The translations under genes were made by a program, and so were the position numbers. This document shows, piece by piece, positions 14,101 through 26,100 of a stretch of DNA of 64,000 nt; the first letter of the stretch is position 1; every line of letters begins with the position of its first letter. The notes below the pieces were generated by a model. It was not told the origin of the DNA and made no database searches. It worked only from the letters and a program-made list of their open reading frames with translations. Location of the stretch: positions 100,366,986 to 100,430,985 of the forward strand of contig JAUZTB010000087.1 of the NCBI GenBank assembly GCA_034780895.1, in the 5' to 3' direction. The stretch is from Rhynchobatus australiae (lineage: Eukaryota).

Positions 14101-17100
14101 ACCATTTCTGGACCCCTAATTTGACTGAGCAGTGAGTGGTGCCTGCAAGCTAGATGCAATTTCAGCATCAGGTATCCATCAAGTGTTATAATTCTCTGTA
14201 CAATACGACTTTTGGACTATTGTTTAAAAAAAATTAATTAACACCTTCCCGGGAATGACCATTATTGGGCATTCATGGTTCAGCTGCATTTTCATTGTGC
14301 AGCTCCAACTGCGCCCCATGTGCACTTTCTACCTTTGAACTCCTTACCACCCACTAGTCTTAGCCCATTCTAGCCGATTGACCCAGGCCACAATCCCTGA
14401 TCTCTGACTGACCTAAAACTTTCCAGATTCCCTCCCAATCTCCACCCATCTCACCTCATTGCCTCCATCCTGATCACCACACCCACCAACACCTGGCCCC
14501 AATCCTGAGAAATGTGCAATTCCAAAATTGTGTTCTTTTACTGGTGCACTGCAATTTCTGGGCTGAAGAGTCTCCATAAACAAGAAAACAGAAGAAATGT
14601 TAATAAACTCCACAGAAACTGAAAAAAGAAAGAGCAAGATAGATTCATTGATTCAATGACAAAGCAAATACAGAAAGCAAACTAAAATAAGGGAGCAAAA
14701 GACTGGATTAAGAGAGGGAAAGAAGGGAAAAGTAAGAAAATATATTTTAAAAAATAATATTCCAATAAGTAAAATCTAAAGGAATGAGGCTCCTAATTTG
14801 TAATAGATAGTTTCCGATGCCAGCAAGATTGATAGGTGGTAATTAAAACAGCTTATCATTAAAAGGACTTGAAATAACTTGACAACTTCTTGCAGTGAGT
14901 TTAGCCTATACTTACAATGGAAGAAGAGGATCTTCAAGTTGCTCAATGCATTGGAAAAGGAAACCAGTATCAGTAAAACAGAGCAAACACAAAGTTTCTT
15001 AATAGTTTTGCTTAAACTGAAGAGGAAAAGACTTTCTATTTTGGTGTACAAAATAAATCACATTTTGCTGGCTAAAAGCTTTGTCTTTTCTTGGAATTTG
15101 GTCCTTTATGATTCTTTATCCATGGTAAGTGGAAAGCTAATTTTTGCGATCAAGTTGTCTACAAAGACCAGAAATTTATATGTTCCTGCTCTATGCGTAT
15201 TGGACATACNNNNNNNNNNNNNNNNNNNNNNNNNNNNNNNNNNNNNNNNNNNNNNNNNNNNNNNNNNNNNNNNNNNNNNNNNNNNNNNNNNNNNNNNNNN
15301 NNNNNNNNNNNNNNNNNNNNNNNNNNNNNNNNNNNNNNNNNNNNNNNNNNNNNNNNNNNNNNNNNNNNNNNNNNNNNNNNNNNNNNNNNNNNNNNNNNNN
15401 NNNNNNNNNNNNNNNNNNNNNNNNNNNNNNNNNNNNNNNNNNNNNNNNNNNNNNNNNNNNNNNNNNNNNNNNNNNNNNNNNNNNNNNNNNNNNNNNNNNN
15501 NNNNNNNNNNNNNNNAGGTGGTGGAGGCAGGAATAGTAGTAGTATTTAAGGGGTATCTGGACAGGTACTTAAATGAGCAAGGCATAGAGGGATATTGAAT
15601 TAATCAGGCAAGTGGGATTAGTATAGGTAGGCACGATGGTCAGCATAGATGGAGTGGGCCGAAGGGCCTGTTTCTATGCTGTACAACTCTGTGACTCCAT
15701 AACTCTAATATTAAACAACTTTAGTCAAAAGGTACATCCATTTTTGTAGTTACATAACCAGAGTTTGATAAGTTAAATTTTGATTTTTATTGAAAATTCA
15801 CTGTGTTGCATTGGTTATTACTAGAAGAAAAGCTTGAGCACTTTTGCAATACTCAAATTGTATTGAATGTAAGCTAAATACTGCTGATGCTGAAAACTGA
15901 AATAAAACCAGAAAATACACTTAATAGTCAGATGGGGGAAACCAGATTAACATTTTCCGGCATTAGTTCTGGTATAGCATAAAATCTTAACATGCTTTCC
16001 CTCTCTCTGAGTAGATGTTGCCTGACCTGCTAAATATTCCAAGATTTTCTCTTTTTATTTTATATTAAACTAAACAATTTTTAACTATAACAAATTTTTA
16101 CATGAACATCGGCTGAATGCAGCACTTCCTCCTCGGAGGAGGACAGTAATTTGAGAATATCACAATTTGGAAGCACCATCTAATTCTCTGATAGTTGTCC
16201 TTCTACAAGGTAGGGTTAATCTCAGTTCTTCAACCCTGCTAAAATGGAGTTAACATCATGAGCCACATCAGATTACCTCTGTTAAGAAGAAAATGACTAG
16301 ATGTGATGTTTAAATGAGTGCTGACTATCCCTTTATTAGCAGAATGCCACAGTGAAAGCAACAGCAAAAACCCAGGTGGCTCTGACTAAGGAGTTCCCAG
16401 TCTCCTCTGGTTCACAACACAGGAAGAAGGAGGTGCTGAATGTTTATGGACAGTGGGTTCCTGTGGAAAAAAGCAGTAAGGAAACCACTGATGATGTCTT
16501 TCCAGATGTCTGTTCTCAGGTGAGAATCGTGCCGTTGAATACGTGCAGTGTTTTGCTGGGAGGTGCATTCCTCACTTGCTTTTAATGGTTCTCAAGACAC
16601 TGTGAAACAATATCCAACAGATCCAGCCCAATTAGCAGCTGCAAATTTCATTTTTTTTAAAAGATTATTGCAGGGGATATTTGGTGTAACATTGAATTTG
16701 TTAACTATTATGTTCCAATTTTGCAAGCACACCTATTTAAAATCCATTAATTCGTTGATAGATTAATGATATCATATTTTGCTTCATTGACCATTAATTG
16801 AAGCTTAATGATAAGTACTGCTGGTCAAAGAATAGATAGTTGGCCAGAATTATTGCTTCATGCCTCCATTTGGGGGTCTAGGCACTTGGTACAGTATTGA
16901 GCACACCTAAACTAGCTGGTTGATACTCACTTCAAGGCTTTTGTGTTAATACTAGCAACCCTGACGCTTTTTAAGTATATTTGTTCATTTTCGGCATATG
17001 ACCATTGCTGGAAAGGCCAACATTTATTGCCGTTCGTTTCCCTTAAGTAAGTGGTGGTGAGCCACCTACTTGAACTACTGTAGTTCTTCTGGTGAAGGTA

Positions 17101-20100
17101 ATCCCATGGCGATATTTGATTGGGGATTCCAGGATTTAGATGGACCAGCAATATTTTTTCAAGTCAGGTTGGTGTGCAGCTTGGAGGAGAACTTTCATGC
17201 AGTGGTGTTCCCACGTATCTGCTGCCTTTGTCCTTCTGGTGGTAGAGGTAGTAGGTTTGGGGGGTGCTATAGGGGTGGCCTGGGTGAGTTACTTTAGTCC
17301 AAATTTTAGGTGGTAAACATTAAAGCCACTGTGCACCATTGGTGGAAGGAATGAATGTTAGGTCGGTTGATGGTGCACCAATTAAGTGGCTGCTTTGTCT
17401 TGGACGATGTTGATCTTCTTGGGAGTTGTTGGTGCTGCATTTAAGCAAATGGTGAGTACTTCATCACATTCCTGATTTGTGCCTTGTGGGTCATGGAGAG
17501 GCCTCGGGATGACAGGAGGTAAGTTACTCACTGTAGGATACCCTGCCTCTGACCTGCTCTTGTAGTCATGGCATTTATTGGCTGGTCCAGTTGAGTTTCT
17601 GATCAGTGGTATCTGGATGGTGGGGGCCTCAACGATGGTAATGTCATTGAATATTGTGGATGGCTAAAAATCTCTCTTGTTGGAGGTGGTAGTGGCCTGC
17701 TACATCAGTGGCATGAATGCTACTTGCCACTTAGTTGCCCATGCCTGAATATTGTATAGATCTTGCTGCAGACAGGCATAGGCTGCTTCATTCTCTGAGG
17801 AACTACAATCATCAACAAACATCCTCACTTGTGACCTTTTGATGGAAGGAGGGTCATTGACGGAGCAGCCAAAAGTGCTTGGGTCCAAGACTTTCCCCTG
17901 AGGAACTCCTTCAGTGATGTTCCAGTGCTGGGATCTCCAACAACTAGAATCATCTTCCTTTGTGAAAGGTATGTCTTCAGCCAATGAACTGTTTTCCCTT
18001 TTGTGGCCATTGACTTACCAGGGCTTCTTGCTGCTACATTCAGTGAAATGCTACTTTGTTGTCACCTCATCTTTGGAATGCAGCTCTTTGGTCCATTAAT
18101 TTAAGCCAAGTGTTCTAGTGAGATCCAAGGTGGCCATCAGTGAATGGGTTATTAGTGAGTGCTTACATCTTAGTAGCATTTAGTATCAACAACAGCTTCC
18201 AACAGTTTTGAAAGTAGATTGATTAGATTCTAATTAGCTGGATTGGACTTGTCCTACTTTTTGTGAACGGGTCACACCACGATACTTTCCATATTGTCAG
18301 GGAGATACCTGTGTTGCAACTGTATGGAACAGCTTGGCTAGAGTTGTAGTTAGTTCTGAAGTGCAGGCCTTCAGTACTACAGCTGTGATTTTGTCTGATC
18401 CCACAGCCTTTTCTGTATCTAGTGATTTCAACCATTCTTCTTATCGTGCGGATGGAATCAAATTGGCTGGAGACTGGCTTCTGTGATAATGGGAATCTCT
18501 GGAGGAAGCCAAGGTCGGTCATCTGTTTGGCACTTCAGGCCGAACATGGTGGTGAACGCTTCAGCCTTTTCTTTAGTGTTCAGTTGCTGGGTCCCACCAT
18601 CGTCGAGGCTGGGGACGTTCTCAGAGTCTGCTCTTCTGGTTAGCTATGTAATTGTCCACCACCACTCACAGATATGGTGATCTGCAAGGCTTTGTTCTGA
18701 TCTGTTTGTTGTGACATTTCTTAGCTCTGTCTATTGCATGGTGCTTCAGCGTTTCATCACAGAAGTAGTCCTGTGTTGTTTCAATGGGCTGATGCTTCTT
18801 CATTTTTAGGTAGGCCTGTTGCTGTCCTCAATTAGGTCTTCTTGCACTTCTCATTGAACCAGGCTGAGCTATGACACTAAAGATTCTGGTGGTATGTATT
18901 TCTGCTTCTGTTGATAGTCCACAGAGCCTCATCATGTCCATTTTAGCACTTTGTACTACCAGACAACAATATGGAGCGTATCCTCAGTGTGAATACGAGG
19001 TTTAGTCACCACAAGGACTTTGTGATGGTTATCACAATTGTGCTGTATTGGATGAGGTTGAACTCAAGTAGGTCTATCCCTACTGTCGGTTCATTCATTA
19101 TATGCCACAGACTCAGTCTGGCAGCCATGTCCTTCAGGACTATGGTAGTGCTACCAGACCACTCTCAGTGAAGGACATTGAAACTCCCACCCAGAGTACA
19201 TACTGTGCCCAGTGTTTCTTCCAAGTGCTGTAACTATGGGGGAACACTGATTCATAGGCTGCAGGCGGACATTGGGTGGTAGTCAGGAGGAAGTTTCCTT
19301 ACCCATGTTTAACCTGATGCCATGCGACTTCATAGGATCTGGAGTTAATGTTGAGAACTCCAGCGCAGCTCCCTCCCGCCTGTGTAAAAGTTACCAACAC
19401 CTCTGTAGGGTCTGTCTTGCTGATGGGACAGGACATACCTAGGGATTGTGACAGAGAGTCTGAAACATTGTCTGCAAGGTATACAACATAGAACAGTACA
19501 GCACAGGAACAGTCTGCATCGAGCATGATGCCAAATTAAACTAAATCTCTTCTGCCTGTACATGATCCACATCCCCCCATTCCCCGTATATTCATTTGTC
19601 TATCTGACAGCTTCTCAAACACCACTATCATATTTGCTTCCACCACCACCCCTGGCAGCCTGTTCCAGGCACCCAACACTTCCTGTGTAAACGAAAAAAA
19701 CTTGTCCCGCTCATCTCCCATAAACTTTTCCCCTCTCACCTTAAATTCATGCCCTCTAGTACTTGACATTTCTACCCTGGGAAAAAGATTCTGACAGTCT
19801 ACTCAATCTATGCCTCTCATAATCTTATAAACCTCTAGCAGGTCTCCCTTCAGCCTCTCGTGCTCCAGAGAAAAGAATACAAGTTTGTCCAACCTCTCCT
19901 TGTAGCTCATACCCTTTGATCCAGGCAGCATCCTGGTAAACCTCTTCTGCATCCTCTCCAAAGCCTTCACATTCTTCCTGTAATGGGGTGACCAGAATTG
20001 CACACTATTTTCCAAGTGTGGCCTAACCAAAGTTTAATATAGCTGCAGCATAATTTCCTTACTCAATGCCCTGACCATTGAAGGCAAGTATGCCTTCATC

Positions 20101-23100
20101 TACTTTCAGGAAGCTGTGGACTTGGACTGCAAGATCCCTCTCTACATATGATTCTGTGAGTGAAACTGTAAGACTGTTGCTTGACTGGACTTTGGGACAG
20201 CTTTCGCAATTCAGACACAAGTGCTGAGAAGTTTGTGAGGGACTTTGCAAGGTCAAATGAGTCACCTTGTTGCGTATCAATTCGGAACCCAGGTTGATGC
20301 CAGGTGGTCCATACAGTTTTATTCCTTCTCTGTTTGAACATTGCAGTGCTGGTACAAGTGAGTTGCTTGCAAGTCCACTTCAAATGGCATTGGATAGTCA
20401 ACCACGTGGGGTGGGTCTGGACTCACATGTAGGCCAGACAGGGTAAGACTGGCAGATTTCCTGAAGGAAATTCATGAACCAGTTGGGCCTTTGCGACAAT
20501 TAGTCTTTTTTCATTGTCATCATTGCCATGACTGGTTGGTGTTATTTTTCCTAAATACCAGATCATNNNNNNNNNNNNNNNNNNNNNNNNNNNNNNNNNN
20601 NNNNNNNNNNNNNNNNNNNNNNNNNNNNNNNNNNNNNNNNNNNNNNNNNNNNNNNNNNNNNNNNNNGTTGGTGTTATTTTTCCTAAATACCAGATCATTA
20701 GTTGAATTTAAATTCCATAGCTTCCGGGGAACAACTCTGGATGCATTTCACTAGATTCCCAGTCTGGTAAGATGAACTGCTGTGCCATCATCAAATAACT
20801 GAATGTGGGCCATTCAGCTCTCAACAGAGAGCCAGGTTTCAGGAAACAAAGCCTCAAACTGCTGAAATAAGAAAATGTTTTTTTGCAATCATCTCTCTTC
20901 ATATAGAAATGTTAGCATTTTGTGTTCTAGGTTGTGGATATCTCTGCAACAATGAGTGAGAGGGCAACAGCTCAGAAACGGCTTGTTAAGAATCCATATG
21001 ACGTGGAGGCTATGTCAATGATACTCAGGGCACAGGAACAGGTAAGTGGTCATCTGTTGGGTCTGGGTGAATGGTGAGGAGGGGAAATAGATTCATCATT
21101 GTGGCTTCTTCCTGAAATGAGAGTTTGGGAATGTCCAGGAGGTTTTGTATTCATCCCAAGTCGAGGCTAATATTCCCAATGCAGAGAGTATACTGCAGTG
21201 TAAATCACCAGAAGAGCTCTCCCTACCACTGTTGGAAGAAGAGCAGGAATTCCCTTCATGGCCTGGTTCACATTCCTCACTGATCTAACACAAGGGAATC
21301 ATTCATCTCATTGTGGAACTTGTCACTCGTAAGATGATTCCCAGATTACTCCTGTTTGATGGTTACTGGTTTCCCATTTGTTTTCTGTGAAGTGATTTGA
21401 AGTACTTCAGAAAGATATGGTGATATCTAAATGTAAACCTTCTGTTTTCCACTGAGCTTTTGCATTGTCATTCCTTGTAGCTTCAACTTTAAAGAACTAT
21501 CTTCCCACTGCCCCCTCAATTTTAAGTTTATTTTAATAGTTGATTCTCTTAACTTCCCCTTTTCTGATTCCAGCTTCTTCTGAGGAATGCTCTAAGCTTG
21601 CTAGTCATCCTTGGGACCTTGCCTTAGAAGTAATTTCACATATTCAATTCTTTACAGCAAGTGCTGTCAAATAGTTCACCTGTGACTAAGATCACAGACA
21701 AAGTTAATATCCACCCACCTCATGAATGTTCAATGAACAACCATCTGAAGTGACAGTTCTTTTTCTTACAACCGTTTTTGTTTGATTCCAACTGCTTAAG
21801 GATGCCTGTGTCAGAAACTGAATCAGATATTTGAAAACAATAGCCTTTCTTAATATAAATGCAAATGTAATTTTATTGATAACTGTCTTAAATTACTTGC
21901 TAAGCTGAAATTAGATAATACAAACCATAAATTTAGAAGGTTGCTTTCCTGTCATTGCTTCATGTTGTAGAGAATGTGTAATGGCTGACAATCCCATTTC
22001 AAGCTGCTTTGGGACTAGATNNNNNNNNNNNNNNNNNNNNNNNNNNNNNNNNNNNNNNNNNNNNNNNNNNNNNNNNNNNNNNNNNNNNNNNNNNNNNNNN
22101 NNNNNNNNNNNNNNNNNNNNCTAGATGCATAGGACAGGTATGTAGCTTCTCAGGGACAGAACAACCATCAAACTGGGCAACATTTGCATTTTTATTCTTT
22201 ACTGAACTAGAAGATACTCTTAGCTCCTGCTTTCTGGGATCATTGTGAGGTAGCTTTCAGCAATAAGTATAGATAAGGTTGCAGCACTACTTTTTCTAAC
22301 CTCTGCAGAAAATAATAGAAGCCACAAATATAATCATCTGTTAAAATGGATGAAGGTATCACCACTTAGCATCAAAATCAGGTAATGTAACTTGATTCTC
22401 TCCGAGGACCCTTTTTATGTGGAGTACAATCATTTTTATTTTTGGGGATTTATTTATCCAATAATCCATTTAGTTATTAAAAATGTAGTCCTTGAGCTTG
22501 CACAGCCTGTTCCCCATTTCCCAGATGATCCTTGCATGCTCACCATCCAATCGAGGTGCTCTACTCCTCTACAGGAACTTCACTTGTTTAAAACAGTGGC
22601 TTCCTCTGTATTAATACTTCAAGCTCTGTTATTAAAATCTTTGTATTCAAATAATTGAACCTCATCTTCAAGGGTGAATTCCCATGCAAAATACGAATAT
22701 TTGAAAAGGGTTCAAGAAAAATGGCCGTAGATAGGAGATCTAGGAAAATGAACAGAGAAACCACTTCATTCAGACAACGAGGCTGTAGATTTCAGGAGGC
22801 TGAGACGGGAACTATGTCGATATCCAAGATCGGATTGGATAGATGAAGGAAGAAAAAGCAATTGAAGGGATATAGACGAGGTGGAAGATAAATGCAACAC
22901 AGACAGGGTGAGTCAAATTGACTGCTTCTCTGTTGGAACCTCTGTGCTAATCTTCCGATGACCGGTGGGTCTTTCAAGAAAGAGCTTAAACCCAGACTTC
23001 TTGTTGCAAGGGCATTACTGATGACTGATCATCCTTTCACAGAGGGGGTAAATGTGTTATTGTTAACCCTGCAGACCAACAAAAGACCAATAGATTTTGA

Positions 23101-26100
23101 ATATTTATCTCTTTGTTAATTTGATTTAATTGGATTTGCACCAAATATTCAATAGTTTGAATGGTTTAATATGGTTTCAATATATTTTCTTTTTGTCAGA
23201 TTGACGTGTGGGCTCAGGCAAGCTCTCTGCCTGGTCAGTTCACAGGCAGTACTGGAGCTCAAGTCTTGACCTATGAGGAATTAACACACAGTGGTCCTCA
23301 AGCCTGGATCAGGAAGGTAACGGACATACTTGTGGATATATTTCTATTAAGTAGAAAAGTATGAGATAGTTTAAGGATGTGCTATGGGTTACTAAGTGTG
23401 AGGTCTAGAAGAATCTCTTATCAAGATTATCCACTTCATTTTTCTCTGCAAAAACAGTTGTATTTCTTTGACTTGATTGCTCTTTTGTAATTGGCTGATA
23501 ATCTCAATCAAATCTTAAGTACTTGAAAAAGAAGAGATCTTCCTTCTCGTTTTATTTTAATTGACTTCCTGCATTATGTGTTGCCACCTTTTACGTGCAT
23601 CCTAGATAGAATATGACCACCAGGCAGAGCTGGTGATACTTTCTGTAGACATGTTTGTGCTTTCTGTTGATTTCATTTGCTCTTGCATAAGGTTATTCTG
23701 GCAAAAGTAAAAGAGAAAATAGCTGNNNNNNNNNNNNNNNNNGTTGTTATGAGTTGAAAGCAACCATCTGCTCTCATAATCTGCCTCAATCTGATAGCTC
23801 TTGGACTGGGTTGAAGCACTCTGTTCCACCATATTTGATTCTTGCGTGTATTCTAGGATATTATGGAAGATAAATGCTCTGATTTAAGACAGATTGTGCA
23901 GGAATGGGTGATAAAATGGAAGGTAGTACATAAATAGTAAATGCATTTGGGTCCTGGATGAAATGACTTACTTCAATACCCAAGACCTCTAAGGGTTTGG
24001 GTAAGAATCTTTAGGAGGGAAAATTATGAAACTCGGCATATTACTTGTGTTTTAGATCACTTAGTGCTTCGAAACTGATGTTAATCAGAACCATTCAGTA
24101 TTACTGTGCATAGACATTTACAGTAAAAACCGTTGAAGGTTTTTAAAATTATATTTAATGTTATGTTATACTGGGCCATTCATAAAATTGTAATGTTTTA
24201 AAGCTCTCTTTAGCCTAACCAAGTGTTGTTTTCTTACATATGAAGTAACAGTAGATACAATATTTTCAACTGGTAATACGAGCTTCTTTCAGTCTAAGCA
24301 AGAAGGAAATAGTAAAAGGAGAAGTAATGCTTCACATTTTTGTAGTTCTTTTACAAAATGTTGAATAATTCATGGTTCGTGTTTCACTTCTGTAGTCAAT
24401 CCATTTGAGGAAAAAAAACTAATGTCTGTTTCAGTTTATGTTCAGTAGTGTATCCAGTTCACAAACAAGAGATGCAGTTATGCAAAGAGAGTTTAACTGG
24501 AGCCCGAATCAAAATTGGTATGAAACAATTGTTTCATATATCTTTTAGTTTATGCCATGAATGCATAAAAAACTTTTGTCTTTTAAATTTATACAATTTG
24601 ATATAANNNNNNNNNNNNNNNNNNNNNNNNNNNNNNNNNNNNNNNNNNNNNNNNNNNNNNNNNNNNNNNNNNNNNNNNNNNNNNNNNNNNNNNNNNNNNN
24701 NNNNNNCTTTAATACGTTTGATGTTCATTGGAAATTGTCAAGTATTTTATTTCCCTCCTGTTCTTAACAAAGTCTGCTCTGAATTTCATGGTATAACTCC
24801 TAGAAAGATGTGACACTAGAAAGATGTGAAACTTGTGCCTTGACTGCTGCTATACTTAGCTCACTTGCATCATTTTCCTCTTCCTTTTGAAGTCTATTTT
24901 CTACATCTTTTCCCTTCTTTCAGGGTTCCACTTACACAGCTGTAGATTAAGGGTTGGGTAAAATGGCAAGTATCTTCCTGGCAGCTTTCTTCACTGATTG
25001 TAAGGCTATTAAACATTCAAACACTTCTTGAAAGTTAGAGTTCTTCATTAAGAGCACCTTGTCCTTCCCTTCCAGCTCAGTCGTCAGAACCAAAATACTT
25101 TTTGCCTGATCTAGCTCCATAAACTAAGCTGGCAAAACCAAATCAACAAGGCTGTCTGCTCTCCTTACGCTTTTATACTTAAATCTCTTATAAGTTTTTC
25201 TTTATCTATTAAAGTGATGGAGTTTTTAAGCAGACATGAACTGGTAATCACCCCTTGTTCTGAAAGTGCTTTAACCTTTTTAAATTTACATTTGTGCCTT
25301 TTATATCTGCACAAATCTCCCTGAATGCATTATGATGAATCTTATTTGTATATTTAGCAGGTTTTGGAATACTAAGTTTGTCTTTCTCAGTGACATTTTT
25401 TTTTAGGTGTTGCAAAGACATTAGTTTTGAATAATTGGGTTTTTCATTTTACTACAAAAATTGTTCAAGGTTCCTCTCTTTTAACCTTTCTAGGTTNNNN
25501 NNNNNNNNNNNNNNNNNNNNNNNNNNNNNNNNNNNNNNNNNNNNNNNNNNNNNNNNNNNNNNNNNNNNNNNNNNNNNNNNNNNNNNNNNNNNNNNNNNNN
25601 NNNAATAAATTTGTTTTATGTCTCTTTTCTGTGTAAATTGTGTGCAGTAAATAACGTAGTGAAATTGGATTTGTGAACTGAATACATATTGGAGATACTG
25701 AAACAGATGTTCATGATAAAAAATTCTATCATTGCAAAGCAGGTGCAAAAGCAGGACGGAACCCTGGGCGACATTGGCTGGGGTTTGTATCATTCTCTGC
25801 ATGGTTGCCTCTTTCTTTTGTGAGGTTCCTGGAAAAACAGGGCAAGAAGGAAACGGAAGTAAGTAAAAACCATCCAGGTTTTTGGGAGGAGTCTCCTGGT
25901 ATTCCAGATCCTTGGTTTATTTGAAGAGCTACTCTAAGCTGTTTAGACAGTTTTTGCATGTGTTCCAATATGTCATTAAAGAAACAAACAGTTTAAGTTT
26001 AAAATGTATTTCTAATTTATTGTAATGATAATTTGTTTAAATCCTATGGTTTGCTTTAAGAAAAAAATAGTCACAGCTGTATGTAAACAGTTAAAAGGTT

